From contig DAOUIX010000141.1 in the NCBI GenBank assembly GCA_034423235.1, positions 2,158 through 66,157 of the forward strand: a stretch of 64,000 nucleotides of DNA. The letters are read 5' to 3'. The DNA comes from Chloroflexota bacterium. GTDB lineage: Bacteria; Chloroflexota; UBA11872. A program made the translations under genes and the position numbers. The notes below the pieces were generated by a model, which searched no databases, had not been told where the DNA came from, and saw only the letters and a program-made list of their open reading frames with translations. Below, piece by piece: positions 27,992-37,767 of the stretch. Numbering within the stretch: the stretch's first letter is position 1; each line of letters begins with the position of its first letter.

Positions 27992-29404
27992 ATGAAGATG
28001 TACATCGCCGGCGCCTGGACGAACGGGCAGTCGAGCATGGACGTGCTCAATCCCTACGACGGCTCCGTCGTCGACACCGTGCCGCGCGGCACGGCGGCAG
28101 ACGTGGACCGCGCGCTGGAGAGCGCGGTCCGCGGCGCGCGTGTGATGGCCGAACTGACCGGCTTCGAGCGCTACGAACTGCTGCACCGAACGGCCGATCT
28201 CATCGTGGCCAACACCGAGAGCCTTGCAACTTGCCTCACTCGCGAAGAGGGCAAGATCATTTCCGAGGCTCGCATTGAGGTTGAGCGGGCCGCGGAGATC
28301 ATCTACCTGTCGGCCGAAGAGGCGAAGCGGCTGGACGGGGAGGTCATTCCGCTCGAAGGCGGCCCCGGGGTCAAGGGCAAGTTCGGCTTCACCCTGCGCG
28401 TGCCCTGCGGCGTAGTCGCCGCCGTCACGCCGTTCAACTTCCCGCTGCACCTGGTGTGCCACAAGGTCGGCCCCGCCCTTGCCGGCGGAAATGCCGTGGT
28501 GGTCAAGCCGGCCAGCGACACGCCGCTGATGGCCCTGCGCCTGGTTGAGCTGCTGCTGGAGGCCGGCGTGCCCGCGGAAGCCGTGCATTGCGTCACCGGC
28601 TCCGGCGCCGAAATCGGCGACGCCCTGGTGTCCGACCCGCGCGTCCGCAAGATCAGCTTTACCGGCAGCCGCGACATTGGCGAGCGCATCTGCAAGCAGG
28701 CGGGAATCAAGAAGGTCACGATGGAGCTCGGCTCCAACGCGCCGGTGATCGTGATGCCCGACGCGGACATGGACAAGGTCCGCACGGTCATTCCGCAGAC
28801 GGCCTTCGCCAACGCCGGCCAAGTCTGCATTTCCACGCAGCGCGTGATCGCGCCCGCGCCGATCTACGACGAACTCGTCGAGACCCTGGTTCCCGCCGTT
28901 GCCGCCCTGTCGGCCGGCGACCCGCTCGATCCCGCCACGTCCGTCGGTCCGATGATCCGCGAGTCGGACGCCGCACGGGTTGGCAACTGGATTGACGAAG
29001 CCGTTGGCGAGGGCGCCGAACTGCTGGTCGGCGGTGGGCGCTCGGGTCAGCTCTTCGAGCCGACCCTGTTGGCCGGCGTCAACCCCGAGATGCGCGTGTC
29101 CTGTGAAGAACTCTTCGGTCCCGCCATGGGCGTGACCCGCGTGGACGACGTGGACCAGGCGATCGAGCTGGCCAATGACTCGATTTACGGTCTCAGCGCG
29201 GCCATCTTCACCCAGGACATCGATACGGCGATGCGCTTCGCCCGCAGCGTGGACTCAGGCAACATCCACATCAACTGGGGCAGCCAGTGGCGCACCGATC
29301 TGATGCCCTACGGCGGCCTGAAGGACAGCGGCATGGGCAAGGAAGGTCCCAAGTACGCGGTCGAGGAGATGACCGAGTACAAGCTGGTGGTCATTCACGA
29401 CTGA
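27992..29404 (+). CDS. NAD(P)-dependent aldehyde dehydrogenase
   Basis: 470 aa. ALDH fold with FTGSRDIG, ELGSNAP (the ELGGKSP region), catalytic Cys in GQVCIS, and EELFGP. Confidence 0.9.
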   Translation: MKMYIAGAWTNGQSSMDVLNPYDGSVVDTVPRGTAADVDRALESAVRGARVMAELTGFERYELLHRTADLIVANTESLATCLTREEGKIISEARIEVERAAEIIYLSAEEAKRLDGEVIPLEGGPGVKGKFGFTLRVPCGVVAAVTPFNFPLHLVCHKVGPALAGGNAVVVKPASDTPLMALRLVELLLEAGVPAEAVHCVTGSGAEIGDALVSDPRVRKISFTGSRDIGERICKQAGIKKVTMELGSNAPVIVMPDADMDKVRTVIPQTAFANAGQVCISTQRVIAPAPIYDELVETLVPAVAALSAGDPLDPATSVGPMIRESDAARVGNWIDEAVGEGAELLVGGGRSGQLFEPTLLAGVNPEMRVSCEELFGPAMGVTRVDDVDQAIELANDSIYGLSAAIFTQDIDTAMRFARSVDSGNIHINWGSQWRTDLMPYGGLKDSGMGKEGPKYAVEEMTEYKLVVIHD

Positions 29405-30597
29405 ATCGCACCGCGCACCCGAAGTCGGCTGATCGCCGCCAGGGACGCGACACCGGCCGCCGCGCCCGCCCAGAACAACAGGGCGGGCGCGGCGTCTCCG
29501 GCTGCAATAGCCAGTAGCGCCGCCAGCGCCACGCCGATCGAATAGGCGGTCGAATCGATGGCCATGGCCTGGCCCAGGCGCCCATGCGGCGTCACGTCCG
29601 CCGCCAGCGCCACGATTAGCCCCTGAAAGACACTCTGCGTGAAGGCGTAGGGCACCCAGAGCGCCAGGAGCGCCCCAAACGCGTCGATCTGGCCGTAAAC
29701 GGCCGTATTCACCGCCCCAACGGCCAGCGCAACAGCCAGGGCCCCGCGGCGACCCCAGCGGTCCGAGAGCGCCCCCACCGCCACCTGCGCGCTGGCTCCC
29801 CCGACCGCTGACAGGAACACCAGCCACCCCACGGCCGTCAGGTCGCCGCCCGCGTCCACCAGCTTTGGCCCGGCCAGGATGATGAAGGCGCCGTACGTCA
29901 CGGTGGTGCAGGCGCGGATGAACGCCAGAATCCGAATCGCCGGCACACGCGTCAGTTGCAGCAGCTCGCGAATCCTGACCTCGCCGGCGCGCGGCGCCAC
30001 CGGCACGGCCGGCAGCAGCGTGAGCGCCGCCAGCGCCGCCGCGCCGATAATCAGCGCGGCGACCAGCGCAAAGATTCGAAACCCGAAGGCATTGGCCAGC
30101 ACGCCCAGCGCCAGCCCTCCGACGCCGGGCGCCACCCCCACCGTGAAGCTCACCAGCGACGACGCCAGTCCCCGCCGGGCCGCCGGCGCCACTTGCATGG
30201 CATAGGTCTGCGAGGCCGACCAGTGCAACCCCAGCGCCAGCCCGCCGAACGGGGCCGCGACGATAAAGAGCCCCAGGTCCGGCGTGACGATCATCACGGC
30301 CACCAGCACGGCCAGACCGGCCAGGCCCAGCGCGTACGTCCGCTGGCTGCCGAACCGGGCGATGGGCACGGAGGCGAAGACTCCCAGCACGGCTCGCGCA
30401 CCGTGCATGGCCACCAGTAGCACGCCAGCCCCCGCCACGCCGCGTCCTAGGTCGTCCCGCACGAACAGCGACAGGAAATTGACGACCGGCAGCCAGCCGG
30501 CCACGCCCAATCCCATGATCGCGATCAGCGTGACGAAGCGGCGCGATCCAAGTCGCGCCGCGGGATCAGCCGCCTGGCTGGTCACCGCGCATCTCAA
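29395..30597 (-). CDS. MFS transporter
   Basis: 400 aa, about 12 TM helices, MFS-like loop motifs. Confidence 0.8.
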   Translation of the reverse strand: MRCAVTSQAADPAARLGSRRFVTLIAIMGLGVAGWLPVVNFLSLFVRDDLGRGVAGAGVLLVAMHGARAVLGVFASVPIARFGSQRTYALGLAGLAVLVAVMIVTPDLGLFIVAAPFGGLALGLHWSASQTYAMQVAPAARRGLASSLVSFTVGVAPGVGGLALGVLANAFGFRIFALVAALIIGAAALAALTLLPAVPVAPRAGEVRIRELLQLTRVPAIRILAFIRACTTVTYGAFIILAGPKLVDAGGDLTAVGWLVFLSAVGGASAQVAVGALSDRWGRRGALAVALAVGAVNTAVYGQIDAFGALLALWVPYAFTQSVFQGLIVALAADVTPHGRLGQAMAIDSTAYSIGVALAALLAIAAGDAAPALLFWAGAAAGVASLAAISRLRVRGAIQS

Positions 30598-30830
30598 ATC
30601 CGGTCTCCGTCATCTGTCGCCGCCGTCCTTCCGGCGCCGACCGCGTTGAGCGCGCGCACCGTAGCAGCCCTTCCCGTCGATTGCCCGACCGCGCCGCTAC
30701 CGGCCGGCGAAAAACGACCGTAGCGGAACTCACGTTGACGCTCCGGCGCAGGCCCACGCCCGCCTAGAATCCAGTCAGAGCGTGGCGACGCTGCGGGAGT
30801 AACGCGCTGGAGGCACTGGGCCGGTTCACG

Positions 30831-33002
30831 GTGCGGTGGCGCTGGCCGATTATTGCGGCCTGGCTGCTCGCCGCGTCCCTCTCGTTACTGGCGCTGCCGC
30901 AGGTCGGTTCGATCCTGCGCGCGGGCGGCTTTTCCGCGGACGGCATCGAGGCCGAGGAAGCGTTCGAGCGCTTCGAGCAGGACTTTGGCGCCGTCGGCTC
31001 GCCCATTCAGATCGCCTTTCACCACGACGAATGGCTGGTTACGGACGAGGCATTCGCGGCCGAGGCGGCTCGCGTGTTGGCCCCATTGGCGGCCCTGCCG
31101 GACGTCATGCGCGTCTCGACCTACCAGGACAACCCAACCCAGATTGCGCCGGGCGGCCACACGGCCTACGCCACGCTGTTCTTTGACCTGCACCCCGACG
31201 TGGCCCACCGCATCGTGCCCGAGCTTCGCGAGCGGCTGGAACCGTCGGAACTCAACGTACACATTGCCGGCTCCCCCGTCTACTACTCGGACATCCAGAC
31301 CCTGAGCGAGTCCGACCTGCAGCGAGCGGAGACCGTGGGACTGCCGTTCGCGCTCATCGTTCTGGTCCTGGTCTTCGGTTCTGTGGTCGCCGCCGGCATT
31401 CCCGTCCTGGCCGGTGGCGCGAGCGTCGTGGTCGGCCTGGCGCTGCTCTGGCTGTTCGGCCAGCAGGTCGGCTTCTCGATATTCGCCCTGAACGTGGTGA
31501 CGCTCGTGGGCCTGGGCTTGGGCGCCGACTACTCCCTCATCCTGGTCAGCCGCTTCCGCGAGGAACTTGCCGCAGGTCAGACCGTCGAGGCCGCGGTGCC
31601 CCGCACGGTTGCTACGGCCGGAAAGGCCGTGGTGTTCTCAGGCGCGGCGGTTCTGACGGGGCTGGCGTCGCTGATGGTGTTCGAGTTCATGATGCTGCGC
31701 TCCATCGGCGCCGGCGGCGCGCTGGTCGTGCTGATCGCCGTCGCGGCCGCCACGACATTTGTGCCCGCCCTGCTGGCCGCGCTGGGTCCGCGTGTCAATC
31801 TGTGGCGCGTGTGGCGGCCGCGTGTCGGTCCCCAGAACGGCTGGGCGCGGCTGGCTCGTGCCGTCATGCGGCGGCCGTTGCCAATTTTCCTCAGCGTTTC
31901 TTTTTTCCTCGTGGTGCTGGGTCTGCCGTTTCTAAACGTCCGCCTCAACGCACCCGACGCCAGGGTGCTCACGCCGGACTCGCCGTCCCGCGTGGCCTAC
32001 GAGTTTCTGAGGGACGAATTCGGCGAAGGCCACCAGACGCCACTGTTCCTCGTGTCCCGCTTCCCAGAGGGCGCACTGGCCCCTGAGGCCGTGGCCGCGC
32101 AGCACGCGCTCACGCGCGCGCTGGAAGCCGATCCGCGCGTTGCCAGGGTCGGCGGCATCACCGCCCTCGACCCGCGGATCACGCTTGAGCAATACCAGTT
32201 GCTCTATCGCTACGCACCTGGGATTGGAGACCCCTGGGCCAGGGCGCTGGCCGAAACGTTCACGCGCGAGAACGCCGCATTCCTACTGGTCGAGCCCAGC
32301 GTGCCGTCAACCTCGCCCGAAGCCGAAGGCCTGGTCGAAGCCATACGCGCCTACCGCGACGCCAACGGACTCGATCTCCTGGTCGGCGGCGGCGCGGCCG
32401 GACTCAAGGACTTCGTCGACCGGCTCTATACCGACTTTCCCAAGGCCGTGCTGCTGATCCTGGTGATTACGTACGTGGTACTGGCCGTGCTCTTTCGGTC
32501 GGTCGTGTTGCCGCTCAAGGCGGTGCTCCTGAACGTGCTAAGCCTGCTGGCCAGCTTTGGCGCGCTGGTGCTGGTGTTCCAGGACGGCTGGCTGTCGAAC
32601 GTCCTGCGCTTCGAGCCGCTCGGCTACATCGATTCCCTGCTGCCCATCGTGCTGTTCGCCATGCTCTTCGGACTGAGCATGGACTACGAAGTCTTCCTGC
32701 TGTCTCGTGTCAAGGAGGCGCACGACGAGGGCCGCTCCAACACCGAAAGCGTGGCCATCGGCATGGAGCGCAGCGGCCGTGTGGTCACCAGCGCGGCCCT
32801 GGTGGTGATTGCCGTGTGCCTGGCCTTCGTCACCGCCGACATCGTGCTCATCAAGGCGCTGGGCCTGGGCGCGGCCATTGCCGTCTTTGTGGACGCCGCC
32901 ATCGTGCGCGCCCTGCTGGTGCCGGCCACGATGCACCTGCTGGGGCGCTGGAACTGGTGGGCGCCCTCGCTGCGCTGGCCGCGGCTAAGGAGTGCCACGT
33001 GA
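30831..33002 (+). CDS. MMPL-family (RND superfamily) membrane transporter
   Basis: 723 aa. Two 6-TM bundles each followed by periplasmic domains, MMPL-like. GTG start. Confidence 0.85.
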   Translation: MRWRWPIIAAWLLAASLSLLALPQVGSILRAGGFSADGIEAEEAFERFEQDFGAVGSPIQIAFHHDEWLVTDEAFAAEAARVLAPLAALPDVMRVSTYQDNPTQIAPGGHTAYATLFFDLHPDVAHRIVPELRERLEPSELNVHIAGSPVYYSDIQTLSESDLQRAETVGLPFALIVLVLVFGSVVAAGIPVLAGGASVVVGLALLWLFGQQVGFSIFALNVVTLVGLGLGADYSLILVSRFREELAAGQTVEAAVPRTVATAGKAVVFSGAAVLTGLASLMVFEFMMLRSIGAGGALVVLIAVAAATTFVPALLAALGPRVNLWRVWRPRVGPQNGWARLARAVMRRPLPIFLSVSFFLVVLGLPFLNVRLNAPDARVLTPDSPSRVAYEFLRDEFGEGHQTPLFLVSRFPEGALAPEAVAAQHALTRALEADPRVARVGGITALDPRITLEQYQLLYRYAPGIGDPWARALAETFTRENAAFLLVEPSVPSTSPEAEGLVEAIRAYRDANGLDLLVGGGAAGLKDFVDRLYTDFPKAVLLILVITYVVLAVLFRSVVLPLKAVLLNVLSLLASFGALVLVFQDGWLSNVLRFEPLGYIDSLLPIVLFAMLFGLSMDYEVFLLSRVKEAHDEGRSNTESVAIGMERSGRVVTSAALVVIAVCLAFVTADIVLIKALGLGAAIAVFVDAAIVRALLVPATMHLLGRWNWWAPSLRWPRLRSAT

Positions 33003-34066
33003 TTCGGCGCGCGCTGTGCCTGGCCCTGGCCGCGCTTCTGCTGGCTGCCTGCGGAGAGGTTGCGCCGCCGCTGCCCGAGCCGGCGCCCAACCGATTCGAT
33101 GCCTCCACGCTACCCCCCATCGATCTGCCCCGCGACGACGCACCGCACGCCAACCTGACCGAGTGGTGGTACGTCAGCGGCCATCTGCAGACGGCCGAAG
33201 GCGATCCCTTCGGCTTCGAGTTCGCACTCTTCCAGTCAATTCGCCAGGGTGCCCCGCCCGGCTACGCCGCCCACTTCGCCGTGACCGACGTTGGCCGTCA
33301 GCGCTTTCACTACGGCGAGCGTACCGAGGTGGCCGACCCGTACGCGAAGCAGTCAGGCCCGCCAGCGGGCCTCGACCTCTCCGTGGATGGCTGGACCCTG
33401 CGCGACGCGCCCGGAGGGTTTTCCATTTCCGCTGGTCTGGACACCGTGGCTCTCCAGGTGGAACTCACTCCTACCAAGCCGGCCGCCATCCACAACGAGA
33501 CGGGCATTCTGGATTTCTCTCCGTTCGGCTGGAGCTACTACTACTCCTACACGCGCGCCGAGGTTCGCGGCGTGCTGCTGGACCAGGGTCTGCCGCGGCC
33601 GGTGACCGGGATCGCCTGGATCGACCACCAGTGGGGCGACTTCATCTCCATCACCTCCGGCGGTTGGGACTGGTACAGCGTCCACCTGGATGACGGCCGG
33701 GACGTCACGGCGTCCGTCGTTCGCGACGAAACGGGCGCCACGGTGCTCCGGTACGGCACGTTGGTCGGTCCCGCCGGCGAGACGCGACACCTGCGGGCGG
33801 ACGAATTGGAGGTCCGAGCCACCGGCCGCTGGACCAGTCCGCACACCGGGATCGTCTATCCGTCCGGCTGGACCATCTCGGTTCCCGGCGAAGGTCTGCG
33901 CCTGCGCCTGGACCCGTTCCTCCGTGACCAGGAACTCGACACCCGCGCCAGCACCGGCGTCGTGTACTGGGAAGGCGCCGTGCACGTCAGCGGCGACGGC
34001 GGCGAGACCGGCCTGGGCTACGTGGAGCTGACCGGCTACCGGCCGATGCCGTCGAAGTCGGCGTAA
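32999..34066 (+). CDS. AttH/CrtC-like (hydroxyneurosporene-synthase fold) lipoprotein
   Basis: GTG start overlaps the MMPL stop (GTGA) and is preceded by an AAGGAG RBS. Lipobox LLLAACGE. TEWWYVSGHL...GFEFALF resembles the AttH/CrtC family. Confidence 0.7.
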   Translation: MIRRALCLALAALLLAACGEVAPPLPEPAPNRFDASTLPPIDLPRDDAPHANLTEWWYVSGHLQTAEGDPFGFEFALFQSIRQGAPPGYAAHFAVTDVGRQRFHYGERTEVADPYAKQSGPPAGLDLSVDGWTLRDAPGGFSISAGLDTVALQVELTPTKPAAIHNETGILDFSPFGWSYYYSYTRAEVRGVLLDQGLPRPVTGIAWIDHQWGDFISITSGGWDWYSVHLDDGRDVTASVVRDETGATVLRYGTLVGPAGETRHLRADELEVRATGRWTSPHTGIVYPSGWTISVPGEGLRLRLDPFLRDQELDTRASTGVVYWEGAVHVSGDGGETGLGYVELTGYRPMPSKSA

Positions 34067-34121
34067 TGCGGCGATCCGGCGTACCATCGAGCGTCGCGCT
34101 GATCTAACGGAGTCGATACGC

Positions 34122-35192
34122 ATGTCCGCTCGCCAGGCTCGCATCGGCGTCATCGGCGCCGGCTGGTGGTCCACCTACACACACATTCCGGGACTCATCG
34201 AGAACCCCCACGCTCACCTGGCCGCGATCTGCGACCGAAGCGAGGAAGCCTGCGAGCGCGCCACCACGGCGTTCCCCGGCCCCGCCGCCTACGTGGACGT
34301 CGAAACCATGCTCGCCGAAAACGAACTTGACGGCGTGGTCATTGCCGTGCCCCACGTGGCGCACTACGACCTGGCGGCGCGCTGCCTGGAGGCTGGTCTC
34401 AACGTCATGCTGGAAAAGCCAATGGTGCTGACGGCCAAGCACGCCGCCGCCCTGGTTCAACGAGCCGAAGCACGCGGCGTTGAACTCATCATCGGCTACC
34501 CCTGGCACTTCACCCGCACCGCCATCCGCGCCCGCGAGGTCATTGGTTCGGGCGAGCTTGGCGCCATCCAGCATGTCGTCTGCACCTTCTCGTCCATGGT
34601 GGTCGAGTTCTACCGGGGCAACGACGCCGCCTATCAGCCGGTCTTCGAATGGAGCGTCGCCGGCCCCGGCGACGTATACGCCCGCCCCGAACTCTCCGGC
34701 GGCGGTCAAGGACACCTCCAGATCACGCACTCGTCAGGCCTGATGTTCTTCGTCACCGGCCTGCGCGCCCGGCGCGTCAGCGCGCTGATGCGTTCGTTCG
34801 ACCTACCTGTGGACCTGGTGGACGCCATGACCGTCGAGTTTGAGGGTGGTGCACTGGGCGTCGTATCCAGCACCGGCAACGTGCCCGTTGGCGACGCCGG
34901 CCAGCTGGATGTCCGCGCCTATTGCGAGCACGGCTATGTACTGCTGGACGCGATCACGGGCGCGCTGGAGATCCACCGCGGCGACGGGTCCATCGAGCGC
35001 GAGCAGCTCCCCGCGGACGACTCGTACCCCCGCTTCGCGACAGCCGCCAATCTGGTGGACGTGTGCCTCGGCCGTGCGCCGAACGGTTCACCGGCCACGT
35101 TCGGACATCGATCGGTTGAACTGCTGGATGCCGCCTACCGATCGGCCGAGGACGACGGACGCATGGTGGAGGTCAGCGATCTCTACGACTGA
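34122..35192 (+). CDS. Gfo/Idh/MocA-family NAD(P)-dependent oxidoreductase
   Basis: RIGVIGAGWWSTYTHIPGL Rossmann N-terminus and EKP motif (MLEKPMVLT). Confidence 0.8.
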   Translation: MSARQARIGVIGAGWWSTYTHIPGLIENPHAHLAAICDRSEEACERATTAFPGPAAYVDVETMLAENELDGVVIAVPHVAHYDLAARCLEAGLNVMLEKPMVLTAKHAAALVQRAEARGVELIIGYPWHFTRTAIRAREVIGSGELGAIQHVVCTFSSMVVEFYRGNDAAYQPVFEWSVAGPGDVYARPELSGGGQGHLQITHSSGLMFFVTGLRARRVSALMRSFDLPVDLVDAMTVEFEGGALGVVSSTGNVPVGDAGQLDVRAYCEHGYVLLDAITGALEIHRGDGSIEREQLPADDSYPRFATAANLVDVCLGRAPNGSPATFGHRSVELLDAAYRSAEDDGRMVEVSDLYD

Positions 35193-35235
35193 TCCTCTGG
35201 ACCACGCTTCAATCGCCGCTGGGGAACTGACCGTG

Positions 35236-35517
35236 ACACCCGAGGCTGCCCTGGCGCTGCACACGGCGCTGCAGGACGGCAACGGTGCCGAGGCGCCCAC
35301 ACGGGTGATACGCATTTCGCTGGATGCGGCCAACCGCATGCGCCTGTCGCTGAGCGACGTATGGGAAGGCGATCGGAAGGTGGTGTTCGACGACCGAGTG
35401 ATCCTGGTCGCCGAGCCGGAGGTAGCCGACGCACTCGCCGGACGCACGCTCGCGATTCAGACCGCCGCCGGGCGGTCGACTTTCACCTTGCGGCCCACCC
35501 GGGACGCTGACGCTTAG
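35236..35517 (+). CDS. Small HesB/IscA-fold-like protein lacking the conserved cysteines (hypothetical)
   Basis: About 93 aa from a GTG. LTVTPEAALALHTAL...VIRISLD...MRLSLSDVWEGDRKVVFDDRVILVAEPEVADALAGRTLAI follows the IscA/ErpA sequence pattern but has none of the three Cys. Fills an otherwise 320-nt gap. Confidence 0.3.
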   Translation, partial: TPEAALALHTALQDGNGAEAPTRVIRISLDAANRMRLSLSDVWEGDRKVVFDDRVILVAEPEVADALAGRTLAIQTAAGRSTFTLRPTRDADA

Positions 35518-36104
35518 GCCGGTTCGGCCGCGAGCACCGGCGCGAGCAATTCATCCAGTTCGTTATCCGTGAGCGGACCGACCCAGCGGCGAACCAGCAC
35601 GCCCTGACGGTCAATGACAAAGGTCTCGGGCAAGCCGGTCACGCCAAACTCGACTGGAATCAGCCGGGTGGTGTCTTCGGCGTTCGGGTATGTGACTCCC
35701 ACGTCGTTCAGGAACTCGATGGCTGCTGCCTGGTCGTCCCAGACGTCGATGCCCAGAATGGTCACGCCGGCGGATTCAAGCCGCACGGCCGCCCGCTGCA
35801 ACACCGGCGCTTCCACTCGGCAGGGTGGACACCACGTAGCCCAGAAATTTAATACCACGATCCGTCCGCGAAAGTCCGAAAGCTGAATCCGCTGCCCGTC
35901 AAACGACGTCAGCACAAAGTCGGGCGCCGGGCGCGGGCGAACGTCCGTGGCGCGGCCGATCGAGATGATCCCCAGGCCGCTGCGCTCGCTTCCGCCCTGC
36001 ATAACCAGCCCGATCACCACGATTAGCGCCACCAGCGTCGCGACACCGGCGATCGCCGCCACGAGCTGCGGGGCCGTCAGCCGCTGAGGCTGTATCGAGT
36101 CCAC
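35514..36104 (-). CDS. Membrane-anchored thioredoxin-fold thiol:disulfide oxidoreductase (CcmG/ResA/TlpA family)
   Basis: N-terminal TM, WCPPC active site, and a TlpA-like fold (VLNFWATWCPPCRVEAP). Confidence 0.8.
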   Translation of the reverse strand: MDSIQPQRLTAPQLVAAIAGVATLVALIVVIGLVMQGGSERSGLGIISIGRATDVRPRPAPDFVLTSFDGQRIQLSDFRGRIVVLNFWATWCPPCRVEAPVLQRAAVRLESAGVTILGIDVWDDQAAAIEFLNDVGVTYPNAEDTTRLIPVEFGVTGLPETFVIDRQGVLVRRWVGPLTDNELDELLAPVLAAEPA

Positions 36105-36267
36105 GGGCTGGCTGCTCCAGGTAGGTCAAAAAGCCGACTGCCGGCCAATTCGAGCATAGCCGCGCCGCAATCGGGCCGCTCTGTAGACGATCTCACGACC
36201 GCCGACTCGCGTTCCCCCGCAGAATGCTTGGATAATTGCCTTCAGGCAGCAATCGGGGCGGAACTGC

Positions 36268-36885
36268 ATGCACGCACGCCGGAGCGCGGTCGGGCGACGT
36301 CGAGTATTGGCCGGTATGGGTGCGGGCTTGTTGCTCACGGCCTGCGGCGAAGCCATGGGCTCGGAAACGACGCCGGCGCCAACCGCCGCGGCGACCACTG
36401 ATGCCTCTGGTTTCCCCGCCGGCGAGACGCGCCCCGCCCCCGACTTCACGTTCGAGACCTACCAGGGAGCGGACCTGGTTGGCGGTGAAACCGTCCAGTT
36501 CAGCCAGATCCTCGCGGCCGGCAAGCCCGTCGTCCTGAATTTCTGGGCTGCCCAGTGCCCGCCCTGCCGCGTGGAAATGCCGGAGTTCGATCACGCGTGG
36601 CAAGCCGCCAGGGACCGTGTGCTGCTGGTGGGCCTGGATGTCGGCCCCCTCATCAACCTCGGAACGCGCGCCGAAGGGCAGGCCTTGGCCGAAGAGCTCG
36701 GTGTCACCTACCCAGTGGGAACGACGTCGGACGCAACCGTCATGCAGCGGTACCAGGTGCTGGGCATGCCCTCCACACTCTTTATTACGACGCAGTCCCA
36801 GATCTTTCGTCAGTGGACTGGCATCCTGGATGAGGCCGCAACCACAGAGTTCATCGACGAACTGGTCCAGCAGTCAGGAGGCTGA
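36268..36885 (+). CDS. TlpA-like thioredoxin-fold lipoprotein
   Basis: Lipobox LLLTACGE and VVLNFWAAQCPPCRVEMP active site. Confidence 0.8.
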   Translation: MHARRSAVGRRRVLAGMGAGLLLTACGEAMGSETTPAPTAAATTDASGFPAGETRPAPDFTFETYQGADLVGGETVQFSQILAAGKPVVLNFWAAQCPPCRVEMPEFDHAWQAARDRVLLVGLDVGPLINLGTRAEGQALAEELGVTYPVGTTSDATVMQRYQVLGMPSTLFITTQSQIFRQWTGILDEAATTEFIDELVQQSGG

Positions 36886-36897
36886 GGTGACCGCGTC

Positions 36898-37731
36898 GTG
36901 AGCGCCGGCTGGGCGCGCAGCCCGTGGGTGGGAACGGCGCTGGGGTACGGCGTACCGGCATTGCTGGTCGCCGTTCTTATCGGCGCGCTCATCTCCGTCC
37001 AGGCCAACGCCGAGGCCGCCGTATCCGACTTCGCGGGGGCCTTGCCGATCGGCTTCGCCGCCGCCGCCGGCGTCGTAGCCAGCGTCAATCCATGCGGCTT
37101 CTTCATGCTGCCCGGCTACGTGGCCTACCAACTCGGCACGCAGGAAGCCGGCTATGACCAGCTCTCGGCTTCCCGACGCGTGGCGCGGGCGCTGGCCGTC
37201 GGCCTCATGGCCACGCTCGGCTTCGTCCTGATCTTTGCCGCGGTCGGGGCGGTTATCGCCGCGGGCGGGAATTTCCTCGGCCGAGTGTTCCCATTCCTGG
37301 GGCTTGCCGTTGGTGTCCTGATGGTGATCTTCGGCGCCTACTTGCTCATCAGCCATCGGTATATCGGGGTGCTCGCGGCTAGTCGGATCCAGGTCACGCC
37401 GCGACGCAACCTCGGCAATGCGTTTGTCTTTGGACTCGGCTACGCCGTCGGGTCGCTCAGTTGCACGCTGCCAATCTTCCTGGTCGTCGTCGGCGGCGCG
37501 CTTGGCGCGGCTGGCTTTCTGGCCTCGTTCAGCCAGTTCATCGCGTTCGCGCTGGGCATGGGCGTGGTCGTGATCGCCGTCACGATCGGCGCGGCCATCT
37601 TCAGGGACGCCGTGTCCCGCTTCCTGCGCGGCGCGCTCCCCCACGTTCACCGCGCCAGTTCGCTGTTCCTGGTTGGCGCGGGCGGCTACCTCATCTACTA
37701 CTGGGTCTTCTTCGCCGGGCTCAACCTCTAG
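36898..37731 (+). CDS. ccdA: Cytochrome c biogenesis thiol-disulfide transporter CcdA (DsbD family)
   Basis: 277 aa, 6+ TM helices, with the two conserved Cys in SVNPCGF and SLSCTLP. Confidence 0.8.
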   Translation: MSAGWARSPWVGTALGYGVPALLVAVLIGALISVQANAEAAVSDFAGALPIGFAAAAGVVASVNPCGFFMLPGYVAYQLGTQEAGYDQLSASRRVARALAVGLMATLGFVLIFAAVGAVIAAGGNFLGRVFPFLGLAVGVLMVIFGAYLLISHRYIGVLAASRIQVTPRRNLGNAFVFGLGYAVGSLSCTLPIFLVVVGGALGAAGFLASFSQFIAFALGMGVVVIAVTIGAAIFRDAVSRFLRGALPHVHRASSLFLVGAGGYLIYYWVFFAGLNL

Positions 37732-37767
37732 GACCAGTTAACAAGACCACCAAGACTTTGGCTTCCT

